Position numbers and translations under genes: made by a program. A model generated the notes under the pieces. That model was not told the origin of the DNA, did no database searches, and saw only the letters and a program-made list of their open reading frames with translations. Shown here one piece after another: positions 38,470 to 47,026 of a stretch of 64,000 bases of DNA; position 1 is the stretch's first letter; every line of letters starts with the position of its first letter. This DNA is from an uncultured Candidatus Saccharibacteria bacterium. GTDB taxonomy: Bacteria > Patescibacteriota > Minisyncoccia > Phycocordibacterales > 2-02-FULL-43-11. The stretch is from contig CAYGDO010000002.1 in the NCBI GenBank assembly GCA_964348785.1, forward strand, positions 2,238-66,237, in the 5' to 3' direction.

Positions 38470-39981
38470 ATGAAAATCATAAAAAAATACAACTTGGAAA
38501 TCGTCGTCTTCTTCTGCGGGGCCATTGTAATGGTTTACGAAATGGTCGGCTCTAGAGTAATAGGGCCATATGTAGGCATATCAACATATGTTTGGACTAG
38601 TTTAATAGGTGTTATCTTAGCAAGCTTAAGTGCGGGGTATTATTTCGGAGGAAATTTAGCAGACAAAAAACCTCAAGTAAAACCCTTGGTCATATTTATT
38701 TTATGCGCATCAATATCGATTTCTTTAGCAACTGTCATAAAAGATTTCGTAGCCATAAAATTATCTTCAGCAAGTTTTTCACTTGAAATAAAAGCGCTAC
38801 TTCTTTCTATAATACTTTTTGCTCCCGCCAGTTTTTTCTTAGGCACCGTCTCTCCTTACGCTGTGAAATTAAAAATATTATCATTGGAAAATGCAGGGAA
38901 AACAGCCGGCAATCTTTACGCCTTATCAACTTTGGGAAGTATCATCGGCACATTTATGGCCGGATTTTACATCATCCCTCACCTTGGATCTACGACGTCT
39001 CTTTTTTTAATTTCTTTCCTACTAATTATTCTGCCTACATTGATCTTAAAAAAAACTGATCTGGAAATAAAAACCCTCCTGTCTTTTTTAGTTTCTATTG
39101 TCATTTTTGCCATATGTATTTTCCTATCCTCAGCAATAAAAATATCTATTCTAGAAGATAAAGACACCGAATATAACAAAATATGGGTCTACGAAAGTAC
39201 ATATCCTTACCCAAACGGTAAAAAAACTATAAACCTGATGAACGACCCTATAGGCACTCAAAGTGCCATGTACATAGATGAGCCGACAGAAATAGTTTTT
39301 GATTATTTAAAATTTTATAATTTGTATGAGCATTTCAAAACAAACACAAAAGAAACCTTAATGATAGGAGGAGCAGCTTATACTTACCCCACACATTTTT
39401 TAGATAAAAATAAAAAAGCCAATATGGATGTAGTTGAAATAGATCCAGGCATGACAGAAATTGCAAAAAAATATTTCCAACTTAAAGACAGTCCGAGACT
39501 TTCTATTTTTCACGAAGATGGCAGAATTTTTTTAAACAATAATAAGAAAAAGTATGATGTAATCTTTCTTGATGCTTATAACTCAGCCCTTTCTGTACCG
39601 TTTCATTTAACAACAATAGAGACAGTAAAAAAAATCTACGATTCTTTGAGTGATGATGGTGTGGTGATGGCCAACGTAATTTCATCTATAAACGGTGAAA
39701 AAGGTAAATTTTTAAGAGCTGAATATAAAACATTTAAAAAAATGTTTCCTCAAATATTATTATTTCCAACATCAGACCAAAAAGATGAAAGTATGGCCCA
39801 AAATATAATGTTAATAGCCTTTAAATCAGACAAAAAAGCATCTTTAACGAGTAAAGATCAAAAAATATCCGCCATGCTTTCAAAAGTATACACAGGAGAA
39901 ATAATTGATGATGCCCCAATTTTAACAGATGATTATGCACCTGTTGAACATTATAGAAAATCAATGCTCAAAAAATCCTGA
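38470..39981 (+). CDS. Spermidine synthase-like domain fused to N-terminal multi-TM domain
   Basis: 7+ TM helices then SpeE-like domain (IGGAAYTYP, VVEIDPGMTEIAKKYF, FHEDGRIFL, YDVIFLDAYNS). Confidence 0.7.
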   Translation: MKIIKKYNLEIVVFFCGAIVMVYEMVGSRVIGPYVGISTYVWTSLIGVILASLSAGYYFGGNLADKKPQVKPLVIFILCASISISLATVIKDFVAIKLSSASFSLEIKALLLSIILFAPASFFLGTVSPYAVKLKILSLENAGKTAGNLYALSTLGSIIGTFMAGFYIIPHLGSTTSLFLISFLLIILPTLILKKTDLEIKTLLSFLVSIVIFAICIFLSSAIKISILEDKDTEYNKIWVYESTYPYPNGKKTINLMNDPIGTQSAMYIDEPTEIVFDYLKFYNLYEHFKTNTKETLMIGGAAYTYPTHFLDKNKKANMDVVEIDPGMTEIAKKYFQLKDSPRLSIFHEDGRIFLNNNKKKYDVIFLDAYNSALSVPFHLTTIETVKKIYDSLSDDGVVMANVISSINGEKGKFLRAEYKTFKKMFPQILLFPTSDQKDESMAQNIMLIAFKSDKKASLTSKDQKISAMLSKVYTGEIIDDAPILTDDYAPVEHYRKSMLKKS

Positions 39982-40105
39982 ACGCTATCAATAATAAATA
40001 ACTATAAAAATTGACAAAGATGATTGTTAAATGATAACAATTAGGTACTTCGGTTGTTAAAAACTAGGCAAAACAGGCAAAACTCAGTAACTCTAGGCAA
40101 AAACA

Positions 40106-40831
40106 ATGAAGACGAAACTGTTCTTTGCGATACTTTGGTTCAGCATTCAAAACGCTTTCAGTTGGACGTGGCCCGAAGTCAGTATTCGGTCCATGTACGG
40201 TAGCCAATTTCTCGATCCCGGGACCGGTTACGTCATTTATGACAAACCGGTAGTCCAGAGCGATCTGGAAATCGGAATTCCGTTTGGTTTCAGGGTGAAT
40301 GTCCTCAACTCCAAAAGCCTCAATGGAGGATGGGGCGAAACGCTCGGCGACGAAATGGACTACACGCTGGGCTGGAGAGGTGCGATCATCAAGAATTTCG
40401 GTTTGGACGTGTCTGTCACGTTTCTTGACGAATTACATCTTTTCCAAATGGGGGAAGACGACATCTTCTACAGCAGGTTCCATCTCTCGTACACCCATAA
40501 TGAATGGCGGTTTTCAGGAATTTGGGAGAACTATACCACTTTCTCCAGTGGTCACCTCACAGGAGGGGATTTGGTCGGACTTGGTGTTGAGCGAGAGTTC
40601 GCCCTTGTAGGCGAGTGGCTAATCCTCGAAGCAGAAACGGCCACCCTCTACAACGCGGGGGCCCTTCATCGGGAGGGTTTTTTTCAGAGGGGAATGATCA
40701 ATCTGGGATGGGAAATTTCTAAAGGGCTCACAATAATTGCCCCCAGAGTGGACTTCTATGTTCCGTTCGAAAATCATCACCACAAAAGGAACGACGCTGT
40801 GGTGTTCATGGGACTGAAGTATCGGTTCTGA
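40106..40831 (+). CDS. GC-rich secreted protein with beta-barrel-like C-terminus (ends GLKYRF)
   Basis: Signal-peptide-like N-terminus, aromatic-rich alternating pattern, terminal Phe typical of OM beta-barrels; GC content well above flanks. Confidence 0.5.
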   Translation: MKTKLFFAILWFSIQNAFSWTWPEVSIRSMYGSQFLDPGTGYVIYDKPVVQSDLEIGIPFGFRVNVLNSKSLNGGWGETLGDEMDYTLGWRGAIIKNFGLDVSVTFLDELHLFQMGEDDIFYSRFHLSYTHNEWRFSGIWENYTTFSSGHLTGGDLVGLGVEREFALVGEWLILEAETATLYNAGALHREGFFQRGMINLGWEISKGLTIIAPRVDFYVPFENHHHKRNDAVVFMGLKYRF

Positions 40832-40849
40832 CCACACGCTCGGATCGAT

Positions 40850-40930
40850 CGACGACTCGGATTTTCTGGGTCGTTTTTTTTATTTACCTCACCCAAACAA
40901 AAACCACTTAAACTGAGTTAAGTGGTTTTT
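40850..40930 (+). terminator. Two tandem rho-independent terminators
   Basis: cgacgactcgg-attttc-tgggtcgtTTTTTTT and aaaaaccacttaa-ctgag-ttaagtggttttt. Confidence 0.6.
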
Positions 40931-41036
40931 ATCAACCTTTATTTTACTTTGTGTTTTTTAATGAATAAAGGAAAACGTGTAAAATTCAAAATTTTTAAAC
41001 AACGTCCCTATTCAACAAATACAAATTCAACAAAAT

Positions 41037-41711
41037 TTATTGGGTAAAGAAAGTGTTATTCAATGTATAAGTGGTATTACCAGAACCATCAACAGATTCT
41101 AAAATGTAATAATACAACCTGTTATTTTGAAGACCTGTAATGGTCACATTGGATGAAGAGCTAAATACATTAGTACTTACACTAGGAGCAAATTCAAAAA
41201 GAAACGGCCAAGATGTCCCATACATCACTCGTCCCTTAGAAGCTTCACTGGTACTCCAACTAACATTTACCGAATTGCCATTAACTACGGCAACCTGAGG
41301 ATAAATAACGGGAGCCCAAATGTCACCACCGATGTTTCCAGTAGAACCGCTATTGTTTATTGAACCACCACTATTCATTTGAGAATTAATAAGAGAGAGA
41401 GTTTGAGGTCCAACTCTACCTACAGCAGAAAGATCATTTGCTGACTGAAAACGTGATACGGCTTTTTCAGTTAAACTACCATAATATCCGGTTACAATTC
41501 CTTCTGGATAGATTGTGCTATTACCAGCAAGAAAAGTTTGAAGAGAAGTTACATCAGAATTTGTCATTCCTGGATCAAGTTCTTGAGTAAGTAACGCTGC
41601 ATCTGCCTTAAACGGCATTACAAGCACCAAAGCCATAAATGACGCAGTAATAAATGCGGCCAAAGATAAATTGCTACTATTAGGCGCAATAGCCATAATT
41701 GTTTTTTTCAT
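41037..41711 (-). CDS. Secreted protein with peptidoglycan-binding-like domain and Fn3-like beta-sandwich
   Basis: Signal/anchor MKKTIMAIAP...; DVTSLQTFLAGNS...YGSLTEKAVSRFQ resembles PG_binding_1; W/Y-rich beta domain. Confidence 0.45.
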   Translation of the reverse strand: MKKTIMAIAPNSSNLSLAAFITASFMALVLVMPFKADAALLTQELDPGMTNSDVTSLQTFLAGNSTIYPEGIVTGYYGSLTEKAVSRFQSANDLSAVGRVGPQTLSLINSQMNSGGSINNSGSTGNIGGDIWAPVIYPQVAVVNGNSVNVSWSTSEASKGRVMYGTSWPFLFEFAPSVSTNVFSSSSNVTITGLQNNRLYYYILESVDGSGNTTYTLNNTFFTQ

Positions 41712-42026
41712 AGAAATAAATATAAATGATAAGGAAAGAGAGATCTTTTATTCCAATAAACGAGAATGCGTGAATTTGACTTTGCACAACATTCGAGCGC
41801 GCTTGAAATAAGCTGTCAGAAGGCTAAAAAACGGACCATGCCTTAGACAATAATAAATAATAGTCAAACTTATAGCGACCCCAAATCTATTCCCGTCTAT
41901 TAATAGTTTGGCTACCTCCACTAACAAAACCAATTAGATATTAAGCCTTGATATTTTAACATAATAAAACTACATAAGCTTGTATCTTTATATTGAAAAC
42001 GTGTTGTGGTTTATTAAAAGAAAAAC

Positions 42027-42344
42027 CTATTTATTAAATTTTTTTTCAATAAATCGCGCAAAAGAATTGTCGGGAGAACAACCAGCATATACCTTAGTCC
42101 ATCCAAAACCAACAATAGGGATACCGCCATAAGATTTACACTCCTCTTCAGAGTATGTTTTTTTATAAAAAACATACGTGCCTCCGTTATCTGGACAAAC
42201 ATCACCAAAACATACAGTTTTAATTTTGTATGGATTTATTATATAGGCCAATAAAAGTATTAAAATAATAGAAAATAAAATTTTTAAAAATTTTTTCATA
42301 AAGGGAATTATAGCATTTAAGAAGGGGAGTCGGGGGGGGTTCAA
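42027..42344 (-). CDS. Small secreted Cys-rich protein (likely starts at internal MKKFLKIL)
   Basis: Signal/TM then CFGDVCPDNGG...CKSYGG...GCSPDN. Confidence 0.35.
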   Translation of the reverse strand: MNPPRLPFLNAIIPFMKKFLKILFSIILILLLAYIINPYKIKTVCFGDVCPDNGGTYVFYKKTYSEEECKSYGGIPIVGFGWTKVYAGCSPDNSFARFIEKKFNK

Positions 42345-42650
42345 ATCCCATTAGGGTCTAAAAATTACAAAACAAAAACAGAGCATCCACTCTGTTTTTG
42401 GTAATTTGTGACCCTAATGGGAATTTTGAAACTTACAGTTTCAGTACACCTTTCCCATTTGCTTATAATAAGAATTACTCGCAAATAAGGGAGAAGGTTT
42501 TCAAATCCCATACGCAAGTGAATCAATTCACTTGCTTAGGGTCATTAATAAAAATGGCTTTGGAAAAAACCAAAGCTAATTTTTATACTAATGACCCTAA
42601 TTAGTGAAAATTGGAATCTACTTTTAAAGCAAATGAAAGTTTTTAAAGTC

Positions 42651-42992
42651 TTATTTAGTTAAGTATATATATGAGTAGAAAAGTATAAAAAACATTACAA
42701 AATATATAAGTGCATACAAACCATATATCTTGTGAGGGGTATATGCCACTTTCTTAGCTTCAAGATAGTCTTCTTGATGTTTTTTATCAAAATATTCAAG
42801 AATTAAAGAAATTGTAAGTCCAAAAGTTATTATTATCCAAAACCACAAATTCTCGTTACCTCCAAACGATTTAGCAAAAACATCTGGAGAAAAAGACAAC
42901 AACAAGAACGTGTTAACAAAAATAAGGCTGACTATTAATATAATTTTAATTTTTCTACGCACGGATGATAACAGCAATAAGATTAACCACAT
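42651..42992 (-). CDS. Small multi-TM membrane protein
   Basis: Hydrophobic ORF; overlaps next ORF by 38 nt in a different frame. Confidence 0.3.
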   Translation of the reverse strand: MWLILLLLSSVRRKIKIILIVSLIFVNTFLLLSFSPDVFAKSFGGNENLWFWIIITFGLTISLILEYFDKKHQEDYLEAKKVAYTPHKIYGLYALIYFVMFFILFYSYIYLTK

Positions 42993-43221
42993 TCAAAATA
43001 ACAGAGATTATTCCCAATGTCATACCTGCCATTCCTAATGCCCTAGAACCTCCTTTTCTGGCCTGGAATCCAAATACAGTAGCTATTATTGCCGCTATCA
43101 ATCCGACTACTATCAACAAAGAAGGAGATAATTTAATATACAAAATCTTTGACCAAACCCAAGGAAAAAAGAATATGGTCGAAATAATAATACTTAAAAT
43201 GCCTTTCCATGACGCTTTCAT
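42955..43221 (-). CDS. Small multi-TM membrane protein
   Basis: Hydrophobic ORF within tRNA-Glu-adjacent repeat region. Confidence 0.3.
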   Translation of the reverse strand: MKASWKGILSIIISTIFFFPWVWSKILYIKLSPSLLIVVGLIAAIIATVFGFQARKGGSRALGMAGMTLGIISVILNVVNLIAVIIRA

Positions 43222-43875
43222 AATTTGTTCAGTCAGTTTTATTAATAATATTTATTATAACACTATAGATAATATTTTATTCTTAATAAGGTTTATACCC
43301 CTAATGGGATTTTCCTTCGACTCTCAGCTAGCCGTCGCTCGAAACAGTCACATTCGCTCTGCTAAGCTCAGTACTTCCTCGCTCTCGCTTGGTCGCTAGG
43401 CACCGACTCGCTTGTTTTTTCTGCTGAAAAAACATAGCTCCGTCGTTCAAATCCCATACGCAAAGCGAGCAGTCGCTTTGCTTAGGGTCATTAATAAAAA
43501 TGGCATAACTAATGGGAATTTTGCCCGCGACTAAAACTTTTTCGTCAAAAAGTTTTGTCTGGGCACCGACTCGCGCTTCGCCGAAACGGCTCAATGCGCT
43601 CCGTCGTTCAAATCCCATTAGGATCTAAAAATTACAAAACAAAAACAGAGCATCCACTCTGTTTTTGGTAATTTGTGACCCTAATAGAAACAGGGACTTG
43701 GTCACAAATCATTTTGTGCCGTCGCACAAAATGTTCGCGACCCCAGCTCAGCATTTTGCGAAACGTAAAATATGCCTGCGCTTTTCAAATCCCATATGCA
43801 AAGCGAGCAGTCGCTTTGCTTAGGGTCATTAATAAAAATGGCTTTGGAAAAAACCAAAGCTCATTTTTATACTAA

Positions 43876-43950
43876 TGACCCTAATGGGATTTGAACCCAT
43901 GTTACCGGATTGAAAATCCGATGTCCTAGACCAGGCTAGACGATAGGGCC
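43876..43950 (-). tRNA. tRNA-Glu (anticodon UUC)
   Basis: Minus strand GGCCCTA-TC-GTCT-AGCCTGGTCTA-GGAC-A-TCGGA-TTTTCAA-TCCGG-TAAC-ATGGG-TTCAAAT-CCCAT-TAGGGTC-A folds as cloverleaf; collinear with E. coli tRNA-Glu. Confidence 0.85.
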
Positions 43951-44084
43951 AGCACCATAATTATAGCAAATTATCAATAACCAATTTTCAAATTTTCATT
44001 GAAATTGCTAAAAGCTAGTGGCTAATAGCTAGGCGCTAGTATATACCATTTTTATGAAAAAAGGCAAAAAAAATCCCCAAGAGA

Positions 44085-44290
44085 GGGGACCCAAAAGGGA
44101 AGGAAGGTCAGGCCGGAAGGGCTTCAGCGACTGCATCAAGGACGATGCCCTCGTCAAGATCACATCCATCACGAGGATACTCCCTGAAAAAAGCGCTGAC
44201 GGCCCAAACTGCGCCTTCACGGCCATGGAGACCAAACCGTTGACACAGCCACACACAGTAGGCGACAGGGTTCATACTAGTTCAATAATA
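44085..44290 (+). ncRNA. GC-rich non-coding-looking patch with SRP-RNA-like GGUCAGGCCGGAAGG motif (speculative)
   Basis: 200 nt of high GC in AT-rich context; overlapping ORFs on both strands look non-protein-like; GGTCAGGCCGGAAGG resembles SRP RNA domain IV GGUCAGGUCCGGAAGG. Confidence 0.2.
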
Positions 44291-44344
44291 TACCTCAAAA
44301 ACTCAAAAAAACAAGTTTGAGTGGTATTTTATACAAACCGTAAA

Positions 44345-44797
44345 TTAAGAAAATAATTGATCAACGACACTTTTCACATCACTACCATCCGCTTTTCCTT
44401 TTAGATCTTTCATGAGGCCAGACATGAGCATTCCAGATTTTGTCTTATCGGTAATTCCAAGCTCAGCTTTTTTATTTTTGGCAATTTTTAAAATTTCTTC
44501 TCTACTCATCATTTGAGGCAAATAAACTTCCAAAATTTTAAGCTCATCTTCTTCAGTCTTTACTAAATCTTCTCTTCCACCAGCTTTAAACTGCTCAATA
44601 GAATCCTTTCTCTGTTTAACCAATCTTTTAATAACAGACAGGGCTTCTTCATCTCCCAGTTCGGTCTTACCTGGTTTGTTTATAAGTTCGTTCAAAAAAA
44701 CCGCTTTTACTGATTTCAAAGTATTCAACCTTAAAGTATCCCTAGCGATCATTGCTTTTTTGGCTTCGTCTTGTATTTGTTGAAATAAACTAACCAT
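44345..44797 (-). CDS. GatB/YqeY domain protein
   Basis: MVSLFQQIQDEAKKAMIARD...LSVIKRLVKQRKDSIEQFKAGGREDLVKTEEDELKILEVYLP matches YqeY; start set at internal Met. Confidence 0.7.
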   Translation of the reverse strand: MVSLFQQIQDEAKKAMIARDTLRLNTLKSVKAVFLNELINKPGKTELGDEEALSVIKRLVKQRKDSIEQFKAGGREDLVKTEEDELKILEVYLPQMMSREEILKIAKNKKAELGITDKTKSGMLMSGLMKDLKGKADGSDVKSVVDQLFS

Positions 44798-44927
44798 ATT
44801 AAATAAAAAATAAAATATTAAAAACCATAAAGTATACAATGAAGATTATAACACGTGAAAAACCGTGGACTATTAATACCTAATGCCTAATGGCTAATGG
44901 CTATTTTTAAATGATATAATCTATCTC

Positions 44928-45995
44928 ATGAATTCCAGTGTCCTTATTGTAATAATTGTAGCTTTGGTTCTAATCATAGGAATCAACGCTTACATTCTTT
45001 GGAAACTATCTTCAAAAAAGGATGAGAAAGGAGAAAAAAATGATGTTGGTTTCCAATTACTTCTTCAACACGTAAATGATTTATCAAGAACGCTGGATGC
45101 AAAAATAGGGGAGACGACCAGACAAATGAACGAATCAGTAAAAACCCAATTTGGCGAATCTGCAAAATTAATCAGAGAAGTAACCGTCGGTCTAACAAAA
45201 CTCGATGAAACTAATAGACAGGTGGTTTCTTTTGCTGATCAACTTCAAAATCTTCAAGATATTCTAAAAAATCCAAAACAAAGAGGAATTCTTGGTGAAT
45301 ATTATCTTGAAACTCTACTTAAAAATGTTTTACCTCCAGGCCAATACCAAATGCAATACGCATTTTCAAATGGTGAAATCGTAGATGCGGTGGTTTTTGT
45401 AAAAGATAAAATTATTCCGATAGATTCAAAATTTAGTTTGGAAAATTATAATCGTCTGACAGAAGAAAAAAATCCCACTGAAAAAGAACGTTTAGAAAAA
45501 CTTTTTGTAAACGATTTAAAAAACCGTATTCAAGAAACTTCAAAATATATAAGACCAAACGAAAATACAATGGATTTTGCTTTTATGTTTATTCCTCACG
45601 AAGCTATTTATTACGATTTACTTATAAACAAAGTTGGAGCAGTGACAGAAGATACTGAAAATCTTATCCAAAGAGCTGCCAATAAATACAAAGTTATTAT
45701 CGTTTCCCCGACGTCATTTTTGGCCTATCTACAAACAGTATTACAAGGACTGAAAGCCATGCAGATAGAAGAAACTGCCAAAGATATAATCAAAAGAGTG
45801 GAAGAACTTGGTAAACATTTAAAAAACTATGAGGAATATCACAAAAAACTTGGTAACTCTCTTGGTACCGCCGTCAGCCATTTCAATAATGCAGGAAAAG
45901 AATTTAAAAAACTTGATAAAGATGTTGTCCGTATCACAGGAAATGTTGTAGGGATAGAAACACTGTCGATTGAAAAACCCGAGTCGGAAGAATAG
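44928..45995 (+). CDS. rmuC: DNA recombination protein RmuC
   Basis: N-terminal TM, long coiled-coil, conserved C-terminal FAFMFIPHEAIYYDL region. Confidence 0.8.
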   Translation: MNSSVLIVIIVALVLIIGINAYILWKLSSKKDEKGEKNDVGFQLLLQHVNDLSRTLDAKIGETTRQMNESVKTQFGESAKLIREVTVGLTKLDETNRQVVSFADQLQNLQDILKNPKQRGILGEYYLETLLKNVLPPGQYQMQYAFSNGEIVDAVVFVKDKIIPIDSKFSLENYNRLTEEKNPTEKERLEKLFVNDLKNRIQETSKYIRPNENTMDFAFMFIPHEAIYYDLLINKVGAVTEDTENLIQRAANKYKVIIVSPTSFLAYLQTVLQGLKAMQIEETAKDIIKRVEELGKHLKNYEEYHKKLGNSLGTAVSHFNNAGKEFKKLDKDVVRITGNVVGIETLSIEKPESEE

Positions 45996-46015
45996 GATTT
46001 AAATACAATTTTAAA

Positions 46016-46528
46016 ATGTTTAATTATAAAAAAAACAAAGGTTTCACTCTGGTCGAACTCCTTGTGGTAATTTCAATCATAGGAATTCTTTCCAGTGTTG
46101 TGTTTGCCAGTTTAAGTTCAGCAAGAAAGAGAGCAAGAGATGCAATTAGAAAATCAGATTTAGCCCAAATAGGAAAAGCTCTGGAAATCAACTATACGAA
46201 AAATGGGAATTACACCACACCCGAAAACTGTAGTGGAGACACCAGCCTGGGCGCAACAGGCGCATGTGTAGTAAACGGAGTCACAAATGATTGGGATTCT
46301 GGTAGCGACTTAAGAGATTTAGTTGTCGATGGTTCTTTGAGCGCCTTGCCAAAAGATCCTATAAACAGCGGGGTCTATTACTACCATTATGAAGTCTGGA
46401 ATGCAGATGAAGCATATTATGTAGGTGACCCGGGAGCGGTGGGAAGACCTGCAGGGCAGGCATACCAGTTATGCGCCCAAACATTGGAATCAACCGGCGC
46501 TCAGTACTGTATATTCAAGACAAATTAA
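46016..46528 (+). CDS. Type IV pilin / prepilin-type N-terminal cleavage-methylation domain protein
   Basis: KGFTLVELLVVISIIGIL class III signal peptide. Confidence 0.75.
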   Translation: MFNYKKNKGFTLVELLVVISIIGILSSVVFASLSSARKRARDAIRKSDLAQIGKALEINYTKNGNYTTPENCSGDTSLGATGACVVNGVTNDWDSGSDLRDLVVDGSLSALPKDPINSGVYYYHYEVWNADEAYYVGDPGAVGRPAGQAYQLCAQTLESTGAQYCIFKTN

Positions 46529-46605
46529 TAAATTAACGCTCGACTAAATTACTCCTTTCTCAAGCTTGCTTTTTAAACAGATTTGAGTATAATTTCGCCT
46601 TACAT

Positions 46606-46953
46606 ATGGCAAAAGCTAAAACAGAGGGAGAAGTTAGCAAAATCGCAGTTATAAAAACTGGCGGTAAACAATACCTTGTAAAAGAAGGTGATACTCTTAA
46701 AATTGAAAAAATTACCGGTCTAAAAGAAGGAGATAAGGTATCTTTCAAAGAAGTACTCTTAACTTCAAATGGTTCTGAAGCAAAAATCGGAACTCCAATC
46801 GTCCCTTCATCAGAAGTTGCAGGAACAATTGTAGAAATGGGAAGAAATCCAAAAGTTATAGTAATAAAATATAAACAGAAAAGCAGATACTACAAGAAAA
46901 ACGGACACAAACAACCTTACGCTAAAGTAAAAATTGAATCTATCAAAGCTTAA
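46606..46953 (+). CDS. rplU: 50S ribosomal protein L21
   Basis: AVIKTGGKQYLVKEGDTLKIEKI core matches L21 (YAVIKTGGKQYKV.EGD.L.VEKL). Confidence 0.8.
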   Translation: MAKAKTEGEVSKIAVIKTGGKQYLVKEGDTLKIEKITGLKEGDKVSFKEVLLTSNGSEAKIGTPIVPSSEVAGTIVEMGRNPKVIVIKYKQKSRYYKKNGHKQPYAKVKIESIKA

Positions 46954-46962
46954 GTAGTCATC

Positions 46963-46990
46963 AAAAAACAGCCTCCGGGCTGTTTTTTGG
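46963..46990 (+). terminator. Rho-independent terminator
   Basis: aaaaacagcc-tccg-ggctgtttttt. Confidence 0.6.
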
Positions 46991-47026
46991 TAGTATTTAG
47001 CATTTACATATGCTAGGATTTGTTGT

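Larger units (their letters stand above)
42338..43870. repeat. tRNA-Glu-derived repeat array: >=7 copies of tRNA-Glu 3' end (TTCAAATCCCATTAGGGTC) in both orientations with associated hairpins
   Basis: Two unit types: A (42338-42422, 43605-43685) = sense and antisense copies flanking hairpin aacagag-catcca-ctctgtt; B (42500-42601, 43443-43518, 43783-43893) = split sense copy interrupted by covarying hairpin (gcaagtgaat-caa-ttcacttgc vs gcaaagcga-gcag-tcgctttgc) plus large palindrome agggtcattaataaaaatgg-ctttgg-aaaaaa-ccaaag... Confidence 0.6.

Noticed and set aside
42338-43900. Possible CRISPR array because of many short repeats with hairpins
   Set aside because: Repeat units differ in length and spacing. 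They are derived from the tRNA-Glu 3' end and appear in both orientations. There are no cas genes and no regular repeat-spacer periodicity.
40000-44000. Integrase/recombinase gene expected next to tRNA-Glu island
   Set aside because: I looked for one. No ORF in 40-44 kb has tyrosine- or serine-recombinase motifs. The island, if any, appears decayed.
44029-44320. ORFs 44054..44320 (+) and 44029..44256 (-) as protein-coding genes
   Set aside because: They overlap on opposite strands within a 200-nt GC-rich patch. The translations are low-complexity and non-protein-like. Treated instead as a possible ncRNA or acquired fragment.
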